64,000 bases of DNA from Auanema rhodensis (GCA_964057225.1 OZ059900.1:8928001-8992000); one strand, 5' to 3'; counted from the stretch's first letter, positions 43,500-59,500 are shown. Made by a program: numbers and translations. The notes: generated from the sequence alone by a model not told the origin.

Positions 43500-46400
43500 A
43501 ATACACCTATATGAACATTTTATGACAGTATTTCATATATTTAGTCGTTTTAGAAGAAAAAAATATGCTTAAGATCAAAAGTTTGAGTGATTTTGCCAAA
43601 ATGCCCTTCAAACCCCAAAAAACCAATAATTCTTGATATTTTCGGTCCTTTTTGACCAAAGTGGTTAAAATTGAACATATATATGTTGAAATAGTCAAAG
43701 TTTATAAATCCTGAATTTCAAATCCATATCTCAAAGGGTCTGATCAAAACATACAGTTTTCATATGTTTTGTACCCAAAATCGTTGAATATATGGCGTTT
43801 TGAGCATAAAAAGGCCCATATTTCAATCAGTTTTGATAGTCGTGCAAAATACACCTATATGAACATTCTATGACAGTATTTCATATATGTAGTCGTTTTA
43901 GAAGAAAAAAATATGCTTAAGATCAAAAGTTTGAGTGATTTTGCCAACATGCCCTTCAAACCCCAAAAAACCAATAATTCTTGATATTTTCGGTCCTTTT
44001 TGACCAAAGTGGTTAAAAATGAACATATATATGTTGAAATAGTCAAAGTTTATAAATCCTGAATTTCAAATCCATATCTCAAAGGGTCTGATCAAAACAT
44101 ACAGTTTTCATATGTTTTGTACCCAAAATCGTTGAATATATGGCGTTTTGAGCATAAAAAGGCCCATAATTCAATCAGTTTTGATATTCGTGCAAAATAC
44201 ACCTATATGAACATTCTATGACAGTATTTCATATATTTAGTCGTGTTAGAAAAAAAAATATGCTTAAGATCAAAAGTTTGAGTGATTTTGCCAAAATGCC
44301 CTTCAAACCCCAAAAAACCAATAATTCTTGATATTTTCGGTCCTTTCTGACCAAAGTGGTTAAAATTGAACATAGATATGTTAAAATGGTCAAAGTTTAT
44401 AAATCCTGAACTTCAAATCCATATCTCAAAGGGTCTGATCAACACATACAGTTTTCACATGTTTTGTACCCAAAATCGTTGAATATATGGCGTTTTCACC
44501 ATAAAAAGGCCCATATTTCAATCAGTTTTGATATTCGTGCAAAATACACCTATATGAACATTTTATGACAGTATTTCATATATGTAGTCGTTTTAGAAGA
44601 AAAAAATATGCTTAAGATCAAAAGTTTGAGTGATTTTGCCAACATGCCCTTCAAACCCCAAAAAACCAATAATTCCTAATATTTTCGGTCCTTTTTGACC
44701 AAAGTGGTTAAAATTGAACATATATATGTTAAAATAGTCAAAGTTCATAAATCCTGAACTTCAAATCCATATCTCAAAGGGTCTGATCTAAACATACAGT
44801 TTTCACATTTATTGTACCCAAAATTGTTGAATATATGGCGTTTTGAGCATAAAAAGGCCCATATTTCAATCAGTTTTGATATTCGTGCAAAATACACCTA
44901 TATGAACATTTTATGACAGTATTTCATACATTTAGTCGTTTTAGAAGAAAAAAATATGCTTAAGATCAAAAGTTTGACTGATTTTGCCAAAATGCCCTTC
45001 AATCCCCAAAAAACCAATAATTCTTGATATTTTCGGTCCTTTTTGACCAAAATTGGTTAAAATTGGACATATATATGTGAAAATAGTCAAAGTTTATGAA
45101 TCCTGAATTTCGAATCCATATCTGAAAGGGTCTGATCAAAACATACAGTTTTCACATGTTTTGTACCCAAAATCGTTGAATATATGGCGTTTTGAGCATA
45201 AAAAGGCCCATATTTCAATCAGTTTTGATATTCGTGCAAAATACACCTATATGAACATTCTATGACAGTATTTCATACATTTAGTCGTTTTAGAAGAAAA
45301 AAATATGCTTAAGATCAAAAGTTTGACTGATTTTGCCAAAATGCCCTTCAAACCCCAAAAAACCAATAATTCTTGATATTTTCGGTCCTTTCTGACCAAA
45401 GTGGTTAAAATTGAACATAGATATGTTAAAATGGTCAAAGTTTATAAATCCTGAATTTCAAATCCATATCTCAAAGGGTCTGATCAAAACATACAGTTTT
45501 CACATGTTTTGTACCCAAAATCGTTGAGTATATGGCGTTTTGAGCATAAAAAGGCCCATATTTCAATCAGTTTTGATATTCGTGCAAAATACACCTATAT
45601 GAACATTTTATGACAGTATTTCATATATTTAGTCGTTTTAGAAGAAAAAAATATGCTTAAGATCAAAAGTTTGAGTGATTTTGCCAACATGCCCTTCAAA
45701 CCCCAAAAAACCAATAATTCTTGATATTTTCGGTCCTTTTTGACCAAAGTGGTTAAAAATGAACATATATATGTTGAAATAGTCAAAGTTTATAAATCCT
45801 GAATTTCAAATCCATATCTCAAAGGGTCTGATCAAAACATACAGTTTTCATATGTTTTGTACCCAAAATCGTTGAATATATGGCGTTTTGAGCATAAAAA
45901 GGCCCATATTTCAATCAGTTTTGATAGTCGTGCAAAATACACCTATATGAACATTCTATGACAGTATTTCATATATGTAGTCGTTTTAGAAGAAAAAAAT
46001 ATGCTTAAGATCAAAAGTTTGAGTGATTTTGCCAACATGCCCTTCAAACCCCAAAAAACCAATAATTCTTGATATTTTCGGTCCTTTTTGACCAAAGTGG
46101 TTAAAAATGAACATATATATGTTGAAATAGTCAAAGTTTATAAATCCTGAATTTCAAATCCATATCTCAAAGGGTCTGATCAAAACATACAGTTTTCATA
46201 TGTTTTGTACCCAAAATCGTTGAATATATGGCGTTTTGAGCATAAAAAGGCCCATAATTCAATCAGTTTTGATATTCGTGCAAAATACACCTATATGAAC
46301 ATTCTATGACAGTATTTCATATATTTAGTCGTGTTAGAAAAAAAAATATGCTTAAGATCAAAAGTTTGAGTGATTTTGCCAAAATGCCCTTCAAACCCCA

Positions 46401-49400
46401 AAAAACCAATAATTCTTGATATTTTCGGTCCTTTCTGACCAAAGTGGTTAAAATTGAACATAGATATGTTAAAATGGTCAAAGTTTATAAATCCTGAACT
46501 TCAAATCCATATCTCAAAGGGTCTGATCAACACATACAGTTTTCACATGTTTTGTACCCAAAATCGTTGAATATATGGCGTTTTCACCATAAAAAGGCCC
46601 ATATTTCAATCAGTTTTGATATTCGTGCAAAATACACCTATATGAACATTTTATGACAGTATTTCATATATGTAGTCGTTTTAGAAGAAAAAAATATGCT
46701 TAAGATCAAAAGTTTGAGTGATTTTGCCAACATGCCCTTCAAACCCCAAAAAACCAATAATTCCTAATATTTTCGGTCCTTTTTGACCAAAGTGGTTAAA
46801 ATTGAACATATATATGTTAAAATAGTCAAAGTTCATAAATCCTGAACTTCAAATCCATATCTCAAAGGGTCTGATCTAAACATACAGTTTTCACATTTAT
46901 TGTACCCAAAATTGTTGAATATATGGCGTTTTGAGCATAAAAAGGCCCATATTTCAATCAGTTTTGATATTCGTGCAAAATACACCTATATGAACATTTT
47001 ATGACAGTATTTCATACATTTAGTCGTTTTAGAAGAAAAAAATATGCTTAAGATCAAAAGTTTGACTGATTTTGCCAAAATGCCCTTCAATCCCCAAAAA
47101 ACCAATAATTCTTGATATTTTCGGTCCTTTTTGACCAAAATTGGTTAAAATTGGACATATATATGTGAAAATAGTCAAAGTTTATGAATCCTGAATTTCG
47201 AATCCATATCTGAAAGGGTCTGATCAAAACATACAGTTTTCACATGTTTTGTACCCAAAATCGTTGAATATATGGCGTTTTGAGCATAAAAAGGCCCATA
47301 TTTCAATCAGTTTTGATATTCGTGCAAAATACACCTATATGAACATTCTATGACAGTATTTCATACATTTAGTCGTTTTAGAAGAAAAAAATATGCTTAA
47401 GATCAAAAGTTTGACTGATTTTGCCAAAATGTCCTTCAAACCCCAAAAAACCAATAATTCTTGATATTTTCGGTCCTTTTTGACCAAAGTGGTTGAAATT
47501 GAACATATATATGTGAAAATAGTCAAAGTTTATGAATACTGAATTTCAAATCCATATCTCAAAGGGTCTGATCAAAACATACAGTTTTCACATGTTTTGT
47601 ACCCAAAATCGTTGAATATATGGCGTTTTGAGCATAAAAAGGCCCATATTTCAATCAGTTTTGATATTCGTGCAAAATACACCTATATCAACATTCTATG
47701 ACAGTATTCCATACATTTAGTCGTTTTAGAAGATAAAAATATGCTTAAGATCAAAAGTTTGACTGATTTAGCCAAAATGCCCTTCAAACCCCAAAAAACC
47801 AATAATTCTTGATATTTTCGGTCCTTTTTGACCAAAGTGGTTAAAATTGGACATATATATGTAAAAATAGTCGAAGTTTATGAATCCTGAATTTCAAATC
47901 CATATCTCAAAGGGTCTGATCAAAACATACAGTTTTCACATGTTTTGTACCCAAAATCGTTGAATATATGGCGTTTTGAGCATAAAAAGGCCCATATTTC
48001 AATCAGTTTTGATATTCGTGCAAAATACACCTATATGAACATTTTATGACAGTATTTCATATATTTAGTCGTTTTAGAAGAAAAAAATATGCTTAAGATC
48101 AAAAGTTTGAGTGATTTTGCCAAAATGCCCTTCAAACCCCAAAAAACCAATAATTCTTGATATTTTCGGTCCTTTTTGACCAAAGTGGTTAAAATTGAAC
48201 ATATATATGTTGAAATAGTCAAAGTTTATAAATCCTGAATTTCAAATCCATATCTCAAAGGGTCTGATCAAAACATACAGTTTTCATATGTTTTGTACCC
48301 AAAATCGTTGAATATATGGCGTTTTGAGCATAAAAAGGCCCATATTTCAATCAGTTTTGATAGTCGTGCAAAATACACCTATATGAACATTCTATGACAG
48401 TATTTCATATATGTAGTCGTTTTAGAAGAAAAAAATATGCTTAAGATCAAAAGTTTGAGTGATTTTGCCAACATGCCCTTCAAACCCCAAAAAACCAATA
48501 ATTCTTGATATTTTCGGTCCTTTTTGACCAAAGTGGTTAAAAATGAACATATATATGTTGAAATAGTCAAAGTTTATAAATCCTGAATTTCAAATCCATA
48601 TCTCAAAGGGTCTGATCAAAACATACAGTTTTCATATGTTTTGTACCCAAAATCGTTGAATATATGGCGTTTTGAGCATAAAAAGGCCCATAATTCAATC
48701 AGTTTTGATATTCGTGCAAAATACACCTATATGAACATTCTATGACAGTATTTCATATATTTAGTCGTGTTAGAAAAAAAAATATGCTTAAGATCAAAAG
48801 TTTGAGTGATTTTGCCAAAATGCCCTTCAAACCCCAAAAAACCAATAATTCTTGATATTTTCGGTCCTTTCTGACCAAAGTGGTTAAAATTGAACATAGA
48901 TATGTTAAAATGGTCAAAGTTTATAAATCCTGAACTTCAAATCCATATCTCAAAGGGTCTGATCAACACATACAGTTTTCACATGTTTTGTACCCAAAAT
49001 CGTTGAATATATGGCGTTTTCACCATAAAAAGGCCCATATTTCAATCAGTTTTGATATTCGTGCAAAATACACCTATATGAACATTTTATGACAGTATTT
49101 CATATATGTAGTCGTTTTAGAAGAAAAAAATATGCTTAAGATCAAAAGTTTGAGTGATTTTGCCAACATGCCCTTCAAACCCCAAAAAACCAATAATTCC
49201 TAATATTTTCGGTCCTTTTTGACCAAAGTGGTTAAAATTGAACATATATATGTTAAAATAATCAAAGTTCATAAATCCTGAACTTCAAATCCATATCTCA
49301 AAGGGTCTGATCTAAACATACAGTTTTCACATTTATTGTACCCAAAATTGTTGAATATATGGCGTTTTGAGCATAAAAAGGCCCATATTTCAATCAGTTT

Positions 49401-52400
49401 TGATATTCGTGCAAAATACACCTATATGAACATTTTATGACAGTATTTCATACATTTAGTCGTTTTAGAAGAAAAAAATATGCTTAAGATCAAAAGTTTG
49501 ACTGATTTTGCCAAAATGCCCTTCAATCCCCAAAAAACCAATAATTCTTGATATTTTCGGTCCTTTTTGACCAAAATTGGTTAAAATTGGACATATATAT
49601 GTGAAAATAGTCAAAGTTTATGAATCCTGAATTTCGAATCCATATCTGAAAGGGTCTGATCAAAACATACAGTTTTCACATGTTTTGTACCCAAAATCGT
49701 TGAATATATGGCGTTTTGAGCATAAAAAGGCCCATATTTCAATCAGTTTTGATATTCGTGCAAAATACACCTATATGAACATTCTATGACAGTATTTCAT
49801 ACATTTAGTCGTTTTAGAAGAAAAAAATATGCTTAAGATCAAAAGTTTGACTGATTTTGCCAAAATGTCCTTCAAACCCCAAAAAACCAATAATTCTTGA
49901 TATTTTCGGTCCTTTTTGACCAAAGTGGTTGAAATTGAACATATATATGTGAAAATAGTCAAAGTTTATGAATACTTAATTTCAAATCCATATCTCAAAG
50001 GGTCTGATCAAAACATACAGTTTTCACATGTTTTGTACCCAAAATCGTTGAATATATGGCGTTTTGAGCATAAAAAGGCCCATATTTCAATCAGTTTTGA
50101 TATTCGTGCAAAATACACCTATATCAACATTCTATGACAGTATTCCATACATTTAGTCGTTTTAGAAGATAAAAATATGCTTAAGATCAAAAGTTTGACT
50201 GATTTAGCCAAAATGCCCTTCAAACCCCAAAAAACCAATAATTCTTGATATTTTCGGTCCTTTTTGACCAAAGTGGTTAAAATTGGACATATATATGTAA
50301 AAATAGTCGAAGTTTATGAATCCTGAATTTCAAATCCATATCTCAAAGGGTCTGATCAAAACATACAGTTTTCACATGTTTTGTACCCAAAATCGTTGAA
50401 TATATGGCGTTTTGAGCATAAAAAGGCCCATATTTCAATCAGTTTTGATATTCGTGCAAAATACACCTATATCAACATTTTATGACAGTATTCCATACAT
50501 TTAGTCGTTTTAGAAGAAAAAAATATGCTTAAGATCAAAAGTTTGACTGATTTAGCCAAAATGCCCTTCAAACCCCAAAAAACCAATAATTCTTGATATT
50601 TTCGGTCCTTCTTGACCAAAGTGGTTAAAATTGAACATATATATGTAAAAATAGTCAAAGTTTATGAATCCTGAATTTCAAATCCATATCTCAAAGGGTC
50701 TGAACAAAACATACAGTTTTCACATGTTTTGTACCCAAAATCGTTGAATATATGGCGTTTTGAGCATAAAAAGGCCCATATTTCAATCAGTTTTGATATT
50801 CGTGCAAAATACACCTATATGAACATTCTATGACAGTATTTCATACATTTAGTCGTTTCAGAAGAGAAAAATATGCTTAAGATCAAAAGTTTGACTGATT
50901 TTGCCAAAATGCCCTTCAAACCTCAAAAAACCAATAATTCTTGATATTTTCGGTCCTTTTTGACCAAAGTAGTTAAAATTGAACATATAGATGTGAAAAT
51001 AGTCAAAGTTTATGAATCCTAAATTTCAGATCCATATCTCAAAGGGTCTGATCAACACATACAGTTTTCACATGTTTTGTACCCAAAATCGTTGAATATA
51101 TGGCGTTTTGAGCATAAAAAGGCCCATATTTCAATCAGTTTTGATATTCGTGCAAAATACACCTATATGAACATTTTATGACAGTATTTCATATATGTAG
51201 TCGTTTTAGAAGAAAAAAATATGCTTAAGATCAAAAGTTTGAGTGATTTTGCCAACATGCCCTTCAAACCCCAAAAAACCAATAATTCTTGATATTTTCG
51301 GTCCTTTTTGACCAAAGTGGTTGAAATTGAACGTATATATGTAAAAATAGTCAAAGTTTATGAATCCTGAATTTCAAATCCATATCTCAAAGGGTCTGAT
51401 CAAAACATACAGTTTTCACATGTTTTGTACCCAAAATCGTTGAATATATGGCGTTTTGAGCATAAAAAGGCCCATATTTCAATCAGTTTTGATATTCGTG
51501 CAAAATACACCTATATGAACATTCTATGACAGTATTTCATATATTTAGTCGTGTTAGAAAAATAAAATATGCTTAAGATCAAAAGTTTGAGTGATTTTGC
51601 CAAAATACCCTTCAAACCCCAAAAAACCAATAATTCTTGATATTTTCGGTCCTTTATGACCAAAGTGGTTAAAATTGAACATAGATATGTTAAAATAGTC
51701 AAAGTTTATAAATCCTGAACTTCAAATCCATATCTCAAAGGGTCTGATCAACACATACAGTTTTCACATGTATTGTACCCAAAATTGTTGAATATATGGC
51801 GTTTTGAGCATAAAAAGGCCCATATTTCAATCAGTTTTGATATTCGTGCAAAATACACCTATATGAACATTTTATGACAGTATTTCATATATGTAGTCGT
51901 TTTAGAAGAAAAAAATATGCTTAAGATCAAAAGTTTGAGTGATTTTGCAAACATGCCCTTCAAACCCCAAAAAACCAATAATTCTTGATATTTTCGGTCC
52001 TTTCTGACCAAAGTGGTTAAAATTGAACATAGATATGTTAAAATAGTCAAAGTTTATAAATCCTGAACTTCAAATCCATATCTCAAAGGGTTTGATCTAA
52101 ACATACAGTTTTCACATGTATTGTACCCAAAATCGTTGAATATATGGCGTTTTGAGCATAAAAAGGCCCATATTTCAATCAGTTTTGATATTCGTGCAAA
52201 ATACACCTATATGAACATTTTATGACAGTATTTCATATATTTAGTCGTTTTAGAAGAAAAAAATATGCTTAAGATCAAAAGTTTGAGTGATTTTGCCAAA
52301 ATGCCCTTCAAACCCCAAAAAACCAATAATTCTTGATATTTTCGGTCCTTTTTGACCAAAGTGGTTAAAATTGAACATATATATGTTGAAATAGTCAAAG

Positions 52401-55400
52401 TTTATAAATCCTGAATTTCAAATCCATATCTCAAAGGGTCTGATCAAAACATACAGTTTTCATATGTTTTGTACCCAAAATCGTTGAATATATGGCGTTT
52501 TGAGCATAAAAAGGCCCATATTTCAATCAGTTTTGATAGTCGTGCAAAATACACCTATATGAACATTCTATGACAGTATTTCATATATGTAGTCGTTTTA
52601 GAAGAAAAAAATATGCTTAAGATCAAAAGTTTGAGTGATTTTGCCAACATGCCCTTCAAACCCCAAAAAACCAATAATTCTTGATATTTTCGGTCCTTTT
52701 TGACCAAAGTGGTTAAAAATGAACATATATATGTTGAAATAGTCAAAGTTTATAAATCCTGAATTTCAAATCCATATCTCAAAGGGTCTGATCAAAACAT
52801 ACAGTTTTCATATGTTTTGTACCCAAAATCGTTGAATATATGGCGTTTTGAGCATAAAAAGGCCCATAATTCAATCAGTTTTGATATTCGTGCAAAATAC
52901 ACCTATATGAACATTCTATGACAGTATTTCATATATTTAGTCGTGTTAGAAAAAAAAATATGCTTAAGATCAAAAGTTTGAGTGATTTTGCCAAAATGCC
53001 CTTCAAACCCCAAAAAACCAATAATTCTTGATATTTTCGGTCCTTTCTGACCAAAGTGGTTAAAATTGAACATATATATGTTAAAATAGTCAAAGTTCAT
53101 AAATCCTGAACTTCAAATCCATATCTCAAAGGGTCTGATCTAAACATACAGTTTTCACATTTATTGTACCCAAAATTGTTGAATATATGGCGTTTTGAGC
53201 ATAAAAAGGCCCATATTTCAATCAGTTTTGATATTCGTGCAAAATACACCTATATGAACATTTTATGACAGTATTTCATACATTTAGTCGTTTTAGAAGA
53301 AAAAAATATGCTTAAGATCAAAAGTTTGACTGATTTTGCCAAAATGCCCTTCAATCCCCAAAAAACCAATAATTCTTGATATTTTCGGTCCTTTTTGACC
53401 AAAATTGGTTAAAATTGGACATATATATGTGAAAATAGTCAAAGTTTATGAATCCTGAATTTCGAATCCATATCTGAAAGGGTCTGATCAAAACATACAG
53501 TTTTCACATGTTTTGTACCCAAAATCGTTGAATATATGGCGTTTTGAGCATAAAAAGGCCCATATTTCAATCAGTTTTGATATTCGTGCAAAATACACCT
53601 ATATGAACATTCTATGACAGTATTTCATACATTTAGTCGTTTTAGAAGAAAAAAATATGCTTAAGATCAAAAGTTTGACTGATTTTGCCAAAATGTCCTT
53701 CAAACCCCAAAAAACCAATAATTCTTGATATTTTCGGTCCTTTTTGACCAAAGTGGTTGAAATTGAACATATATATGTGAAAATAGTCAAAGTTTATGAA
53801 TACTTAATTTCAAATCCATATCTCAAAGGGTCTGATCAAAACATACAGTTTTCACATGTTTTGTACCCAAAATCGTTGAATATATGGCGTTTTGAGCATA
53901 AAAAGGCCCATATTTCAATCAGTTTTGATATTCGTGCAAAATACACCTATATCAACATTCTATGACAGTATTCCATACATTTAGTCGTTTTAGAAGATAA
54001 AAATATGCTTAAGATCAAAAGTTTGACTGATTTAGCCAAAATGCCCTTCAAACCCCAAAAAACCAATAATTCTTGATATTTTCGGTCCTTTTTGACCAAA
54101 GTGGTTAAAATTGGACATATATATGTAAAAATAGTCGAAGTTTATGAATCCTGAATTTCAAATCCATATCTCAAAGGGTCTGATCAAAACATACAGTTTT
54201 CACATGTTTTGTACCCAAAATCGTTGAATATATGGCGTTTTGAGCATAAAAAGGCCCATATTTCAATCAGTTTTGATATTCGTGCAAAATACACCTATAT
54301 CAACATTTTATGACAGTATTCCATACATTTAGTCGTTTTAGAAGAAAAAAATATGCTTAAGATCAAAAGTTTGACTGATTTAGCCAAAATGCCCTTCAAA
54401 CCCCAAAAAACCAATAATTCTTGATATTTTCGGTCCTTCTTGACCAAAGTGGTTAAAATTGAACATATATATGTAAAAATAGTCAAAGTTTATGAATCCT
54501 GAATTTCAAATCCATATCTCAAAGGGTCTGAACAAAACATACAGTTTTCACATGTTTTGTACCCAAAATCGTTGAATATATGGCGTTTTGAGCATAAAAA
54601 GGCCCATATTTCAATCAGTTTTGATATTCGTGCAAAATACACCTATATGAACATTCTATGACAGTATTTCATACATTTAGTCGTTTCAGAAGAGAAAAAT
54701 ATGCTTAAGATCAAAAGTTTGACTGATTTTGCCAAAATGCCCTTCAAACCTCAAAAAACCAATAATTCTTGATATTTTCGGTCCTTTTTGACCAAAGTAG
54801 TTAAAATTGAACATATAGATGTGAAAATAGTCAAAGTTTATGAATCCTAAATTTCAGATCCATATCTCAAAGGGTCTGATCAACACATACAGTTTTCACA
54901 TGTTTTGTACCCAAAATCGTTGAATATATGGCGTTTTGAGCATAAAAAGGCCCATATTTCAATCAGTTTTGATATTCGTGCAAAATACACCTATATGAAC
55001 ATTTTATGACAGTATTTCATATATGTAGTCGTTTTAGAAGAAAAAAATATGCTTAAGATCAAAAGTTTGAGTGATTTTGCCAACATGCCCTTCAAACCCC
55101 AAAAAACCAATAATTCTTGATATTTTCGGTCCTTTTTGACCAAAGTGGTTGAAATTGAACGTATATATGTAAAAATAGTCAAAGTTTATGAATCCTGAAT
55201 TTCAAATCCATATCTCAAAGGGTCTGATCAAAACATACAGTTTTCACATGTTTTGTACCCAAAATCGTTGAATATATGGCGTTTTGAGCATAAAAAGGCC
55301 CATATTTCAATCAGTTTTGATATTCGTGCAAAATACACCTATATGAACATTCTATGACAGTATTTCATACATTTAGTCGTTTCAGAAGAAAAAAATATGC

Positions 55401-56500
55401 TTAAGATCAAAAGTTTGACTGATTTTGCCAAAATGCCCTTCAAACCCCAAAAAACCAATAATTCTTGATATTTTCGGTCCTTTTTGACCAAAGTGGTTAA
55501 AATTGGACCTATATATGTAAAAATAGTCAAAGTTTATAAATCCTGAATTTCAAATCCATATCTCAAAGGGTCTGATCAAAACATACAGTTTTCATATGTT
55601 TTGTACCCAAAATCGTTGAATATATGGCGTTTTCAGCATAAAAAGGCCCATATTTTAATCAGTTTTGATATTCGTGCAAAATACACCTATATGAACATTC
55701 TATGACAGTATTTCATATATTTAGTCGTGTTAGAAAAATAAAATATGCTTAAGATCAAAAGTTTGAGTGATTTTGCCAAAATACCCTTCAAACCCCAAAA
55801 AACCAATAATTCTTGATATTTTCGGTCCTTTATGACCAAAGTGGTTAAAATTGAACATAGATATGTTAAAATAGTCAAAGTTTATAAATCCTGAACTTCA
55901 AATCCATATCTCAAAGGGTCTGATCAACACATACAGTTTTCACATGTATTGTACCCAAAATTGTTGAATATATGGCGTTTTGAGCATAAAAAGGCCCATA
56001 TTTCAATCAGTTTTGATATTCGTGCAAAATACACCTATATGAACATTTTATGACAGTATTTCATATATGTAGTCGTTTTAGAAGAAAAAAATATGCTTAA
56101 GATCAAAAGTTTGAGTGATTTTGCAAACATGCCCTTCAAACCCCAAAAAACCAATAATTCTTGATATTTTCGGTCCTTTCTGACCAAAGTGGTTAAAATT
56201 GAACATAGATATGTTAAAATAGTCAAAGTTTATAAATCCTGAACTTCAAATCCATATCTCAAAGGGTTTGATCTAAACATACAGTTTTCACATGTATTGT
56301 ACCCAAAATCGTTGAATATATGGCGTTTTGAGCATAAAAAGGCCCATATTTCAATCAGTTTTGATATTCGTGCAAAATACACCTATATGAACATTTTATG
56401 ACAGTATTTCATATATTTAGTCGTTTTAGAAGAAAAAAATATGCTTAAGATCAAAAGTTTGAGTGATTTTGCCAAAATGCCCTTCAAACCCCAAAAAACC
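43500..56500 (+). repeat. Distinct satellite subfamily with nested 6-, 7-, 11- and 12-monomer duplications
   Basis: Variants absent further left (GTCGTGTTAG, TTCCTAATAT, CAATCCCC, CAAAATTGGTT, TTTCGAATCC, TCTGAAAGG). Offsets are 2088 (43855/45943), 2436 (45943/48379), 4176 (48379/52555, 51511/55687) and 3828 (49771/53599). Confidence 0.88.
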
Positions 56501-59500
56501 AATAATTCTTGATATTTTCGGTCCTTTTTGACCAAAGTGGTTCAAATTGAACATAGATGTGTTGAAATAGTCAAAGTTTATAAATCCTGAATTTCAAATC
56601 CATATCTCAAAGGGTCTGATCAAAACATACAGTTTTCACATGTTTTGTACCCAAAATCGTTGAATATATGGCGTTTTGAGCATAAAAAGGCCCATATTTC
56701 AATCAGTTTTGATATTCGTGCAAAATACACCTATATGAACATTTTATGACAGTATTTCATATATTTAGTCGTTTTAGAAGAAAAAAATATGCTTAAGATC
56801 AAAAGTTTGAGTGATTTTGCCAAAATGCCCTTCAAACCCCAAAAAACCAATAATTCTTGATATTTTCGGTCCTTTTTGACCAAAGTGGTTGAAATTGAAC
56901 GTATATATGTAAAAATAGTCAAAGTTTATGAATCCTGAATTTCAAATCCATATCTCAAAGGGTCTGATCAAAACATACAGTTTTCACATCTTTTGTACCC
57001 AAAATCGTTGAATATATGGCGTTTTGAGCATAAAAAGGCCCATATTTCAATCAGTTTTGATATTCGTGCAAAATATACCTATATGAACATTTTATGACAG
57101 TATTTCATATATTTAGTCGTTTTAGAAGAAAAAAATATGCTTAAGATCAAAAGTTTGACTGATTTTGCCAAAATGCCCTTCAAACCTCAAAAAACCAAAA
57201 ATTTTTGATATTTTCGGTCCTTTTTGACCAAAGTAGTTAAAATTGAACATATAGATGTGAAAATAGTCAAAGTTTATGAATCCTAAATTTCAGATCCATA
57301 TCTCAAAGGGTCTGATCAACACATACAGTTTTCACATGTTTTGTACCCAAAATCGCTGAATATATGGCGTTTTGAGCATAAAAAGGCCCATATTTCAATC
57401 AGTTTTGATATTCGTGCAAAATACACCTATATGAACATTCTATGACAGTATTTCATATATTTAGTCGTTTTAGAAGAAAAAAATATGCTTAAGATCAAAA
57501 GTTTGAGTGATTTTGCCAAAATGCCCTTCAAACCCCAAAAAACCAATAATTCTTGATATTTTCGGTCCTTTTTGACCAAAGTGGTTAAAAATGAACATAT
57601 ATATGTTAAAATAGTCAAAGTTTATAAATTCTGAACTTCAAATCCATATCTCAAAGGGTCTGATCAAAACATACAGTTTTCACATGTTTTGTACCCAAAA
57701 TCGTTGAATATATGGCGTTTTGAGCATAAAAAGGCCCATATTTCAATCAGTTTTGATATTCGTGCAAAATACACCTATATGAACATTCTATGACAGTATT
57801 TCATATATTTAGTCGTTTTAGAAAAAAAAATATGCTTATGATCAAAAGTTTGAGTGATTTTGCCAAAATGCCCTTCAAACCCCAAAAAACCAATAATTCT
57901 TGATATTTTCGGTCCTTTTTGACCAAAGTGGTTAAAATTGAACATATATATGTTAAAATAGTCAACGTTTATAAATCCTGAATTTCAAATCCATATCTCA
58001 AAGGGTCTGATCAAAACATACAGTTTTCACATGTTTTGTACCCAAAATCGTTGAATATATGTCGTTTTGAGCATAAAAAGGCCCATATTTCAATCAGTTT
58101 TGATATTCGTGCAAAATACACCTATATGAACATTTTATGACAGTATTTCATATATGTAGTCGTTTTAGAAGAAAAAAATATGCTTAAGATCAAAAGTTTG
58201 AGTGATTTTGCCAAAATGCCCTTCAAACCCCAAAAAACCAATAATTCTTGATATTTTCGGTCCTTTTTGACCAAAGTGGTTAAAATTGGACCTATATATG
58301 TAAAAATAGTCAAAGTTTATAAATCCTGAATTTCAAATCCATATCTCAAAGGGTCTGATCAAAACATACAGTTTTCATATGTTTTGTACCCAAAATCGTT
58401 GAATATATGGCGTTTTCAGCATAAAAAGGCCCATATTTTAATCAGTTTTGATATTCGTGCAAAATACACCTATATGAACATTTTATGACAGTATTTTATA
58501 AATGTAGTCGTTTTAGAAGAAAAAAATATGCTTAAGATCAAAAGTTTGAGTGATTTTGCCAAAATGCCCTTCAAACCCCAAAAAACCAATAATTCTTGAT
58601 ATTTTCGGTCCTTTTTGACCAAAGTGGTTAAAATTGAACATATATATGTTAAAATAGTCAAAGTTCATAAATCCTGAACTTCAAATCCATATCTCAAAGG
58701 GTCTGATCTAAACATACAGTTTTCACATGTTTTGTACCCAAAATCGTTGAATATATGGCGTTTTGAGCATAAAAAGGCCCATATTTCAATCAGTTTTGAT
58801 ATTCGTGCGAAATACACCTATATGAACATTTTATGACAGAATTTCATATATGTAGTCGTTTTAGAAGAAAAAAATATGCTTAAGATCAAAAGTTTGAGTG
58901 ATTTCGCCAACATGCCCTTCAAACCCCAAAAAACCAATAATTCTTGATATTTTCGGTCCTTTTTGACCAAAGTGGTTGAAATTGAACGTATATATGTAAA
59001 AATAGTCAAAGTTTATGAATCCTGAATTTCAAATCCATATCTCAAAGGGTCTGAACAAAACATACAGTTTTCACATGTTTTGTACCCAAAATCGTTGAAT
59101 ATATGGCGTTTTGAGCATAAAAAGGCCCATATTTCAATCAGTTTTGATATTCGTGCAAAATACACCTATATGAACATTCTATGACAGTATTTCATATATT
59201 TAGTCGTTTTAGAAAAAAAAATATGCTTAAGATCAAAAGTTTGAGTGATTTTGCCAAAATGCCCTTCAAACCCCAAAAAACCAATAATTCTTGATATTTT
59301 CGGTCCTTTTTGACCAAAGTAGTTAAAATTGAACATATAGATGTGAAAATAGTCAAAGTTTATGAATCCTAAATTTCAGATCCATATCTCAAAGAGTCTA
59401 ATCAACACATACAGTTTTCACATGTTTTGTACCCAAAATCGTTGAATATATGGCGTTTTGAGCATAAAAAGGCCCATATTTCAATCAATTTTGATATTCG

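Noticed and set aside
5592-53965. Sporadic 63-73 aa ORFs on either strand (MCPKSLN..., MNFDYF..., MTVFHIF..., MTKVVE...)
   Set aside because: They appear only where a SNP or A-run slip removes a stop in the satellite.
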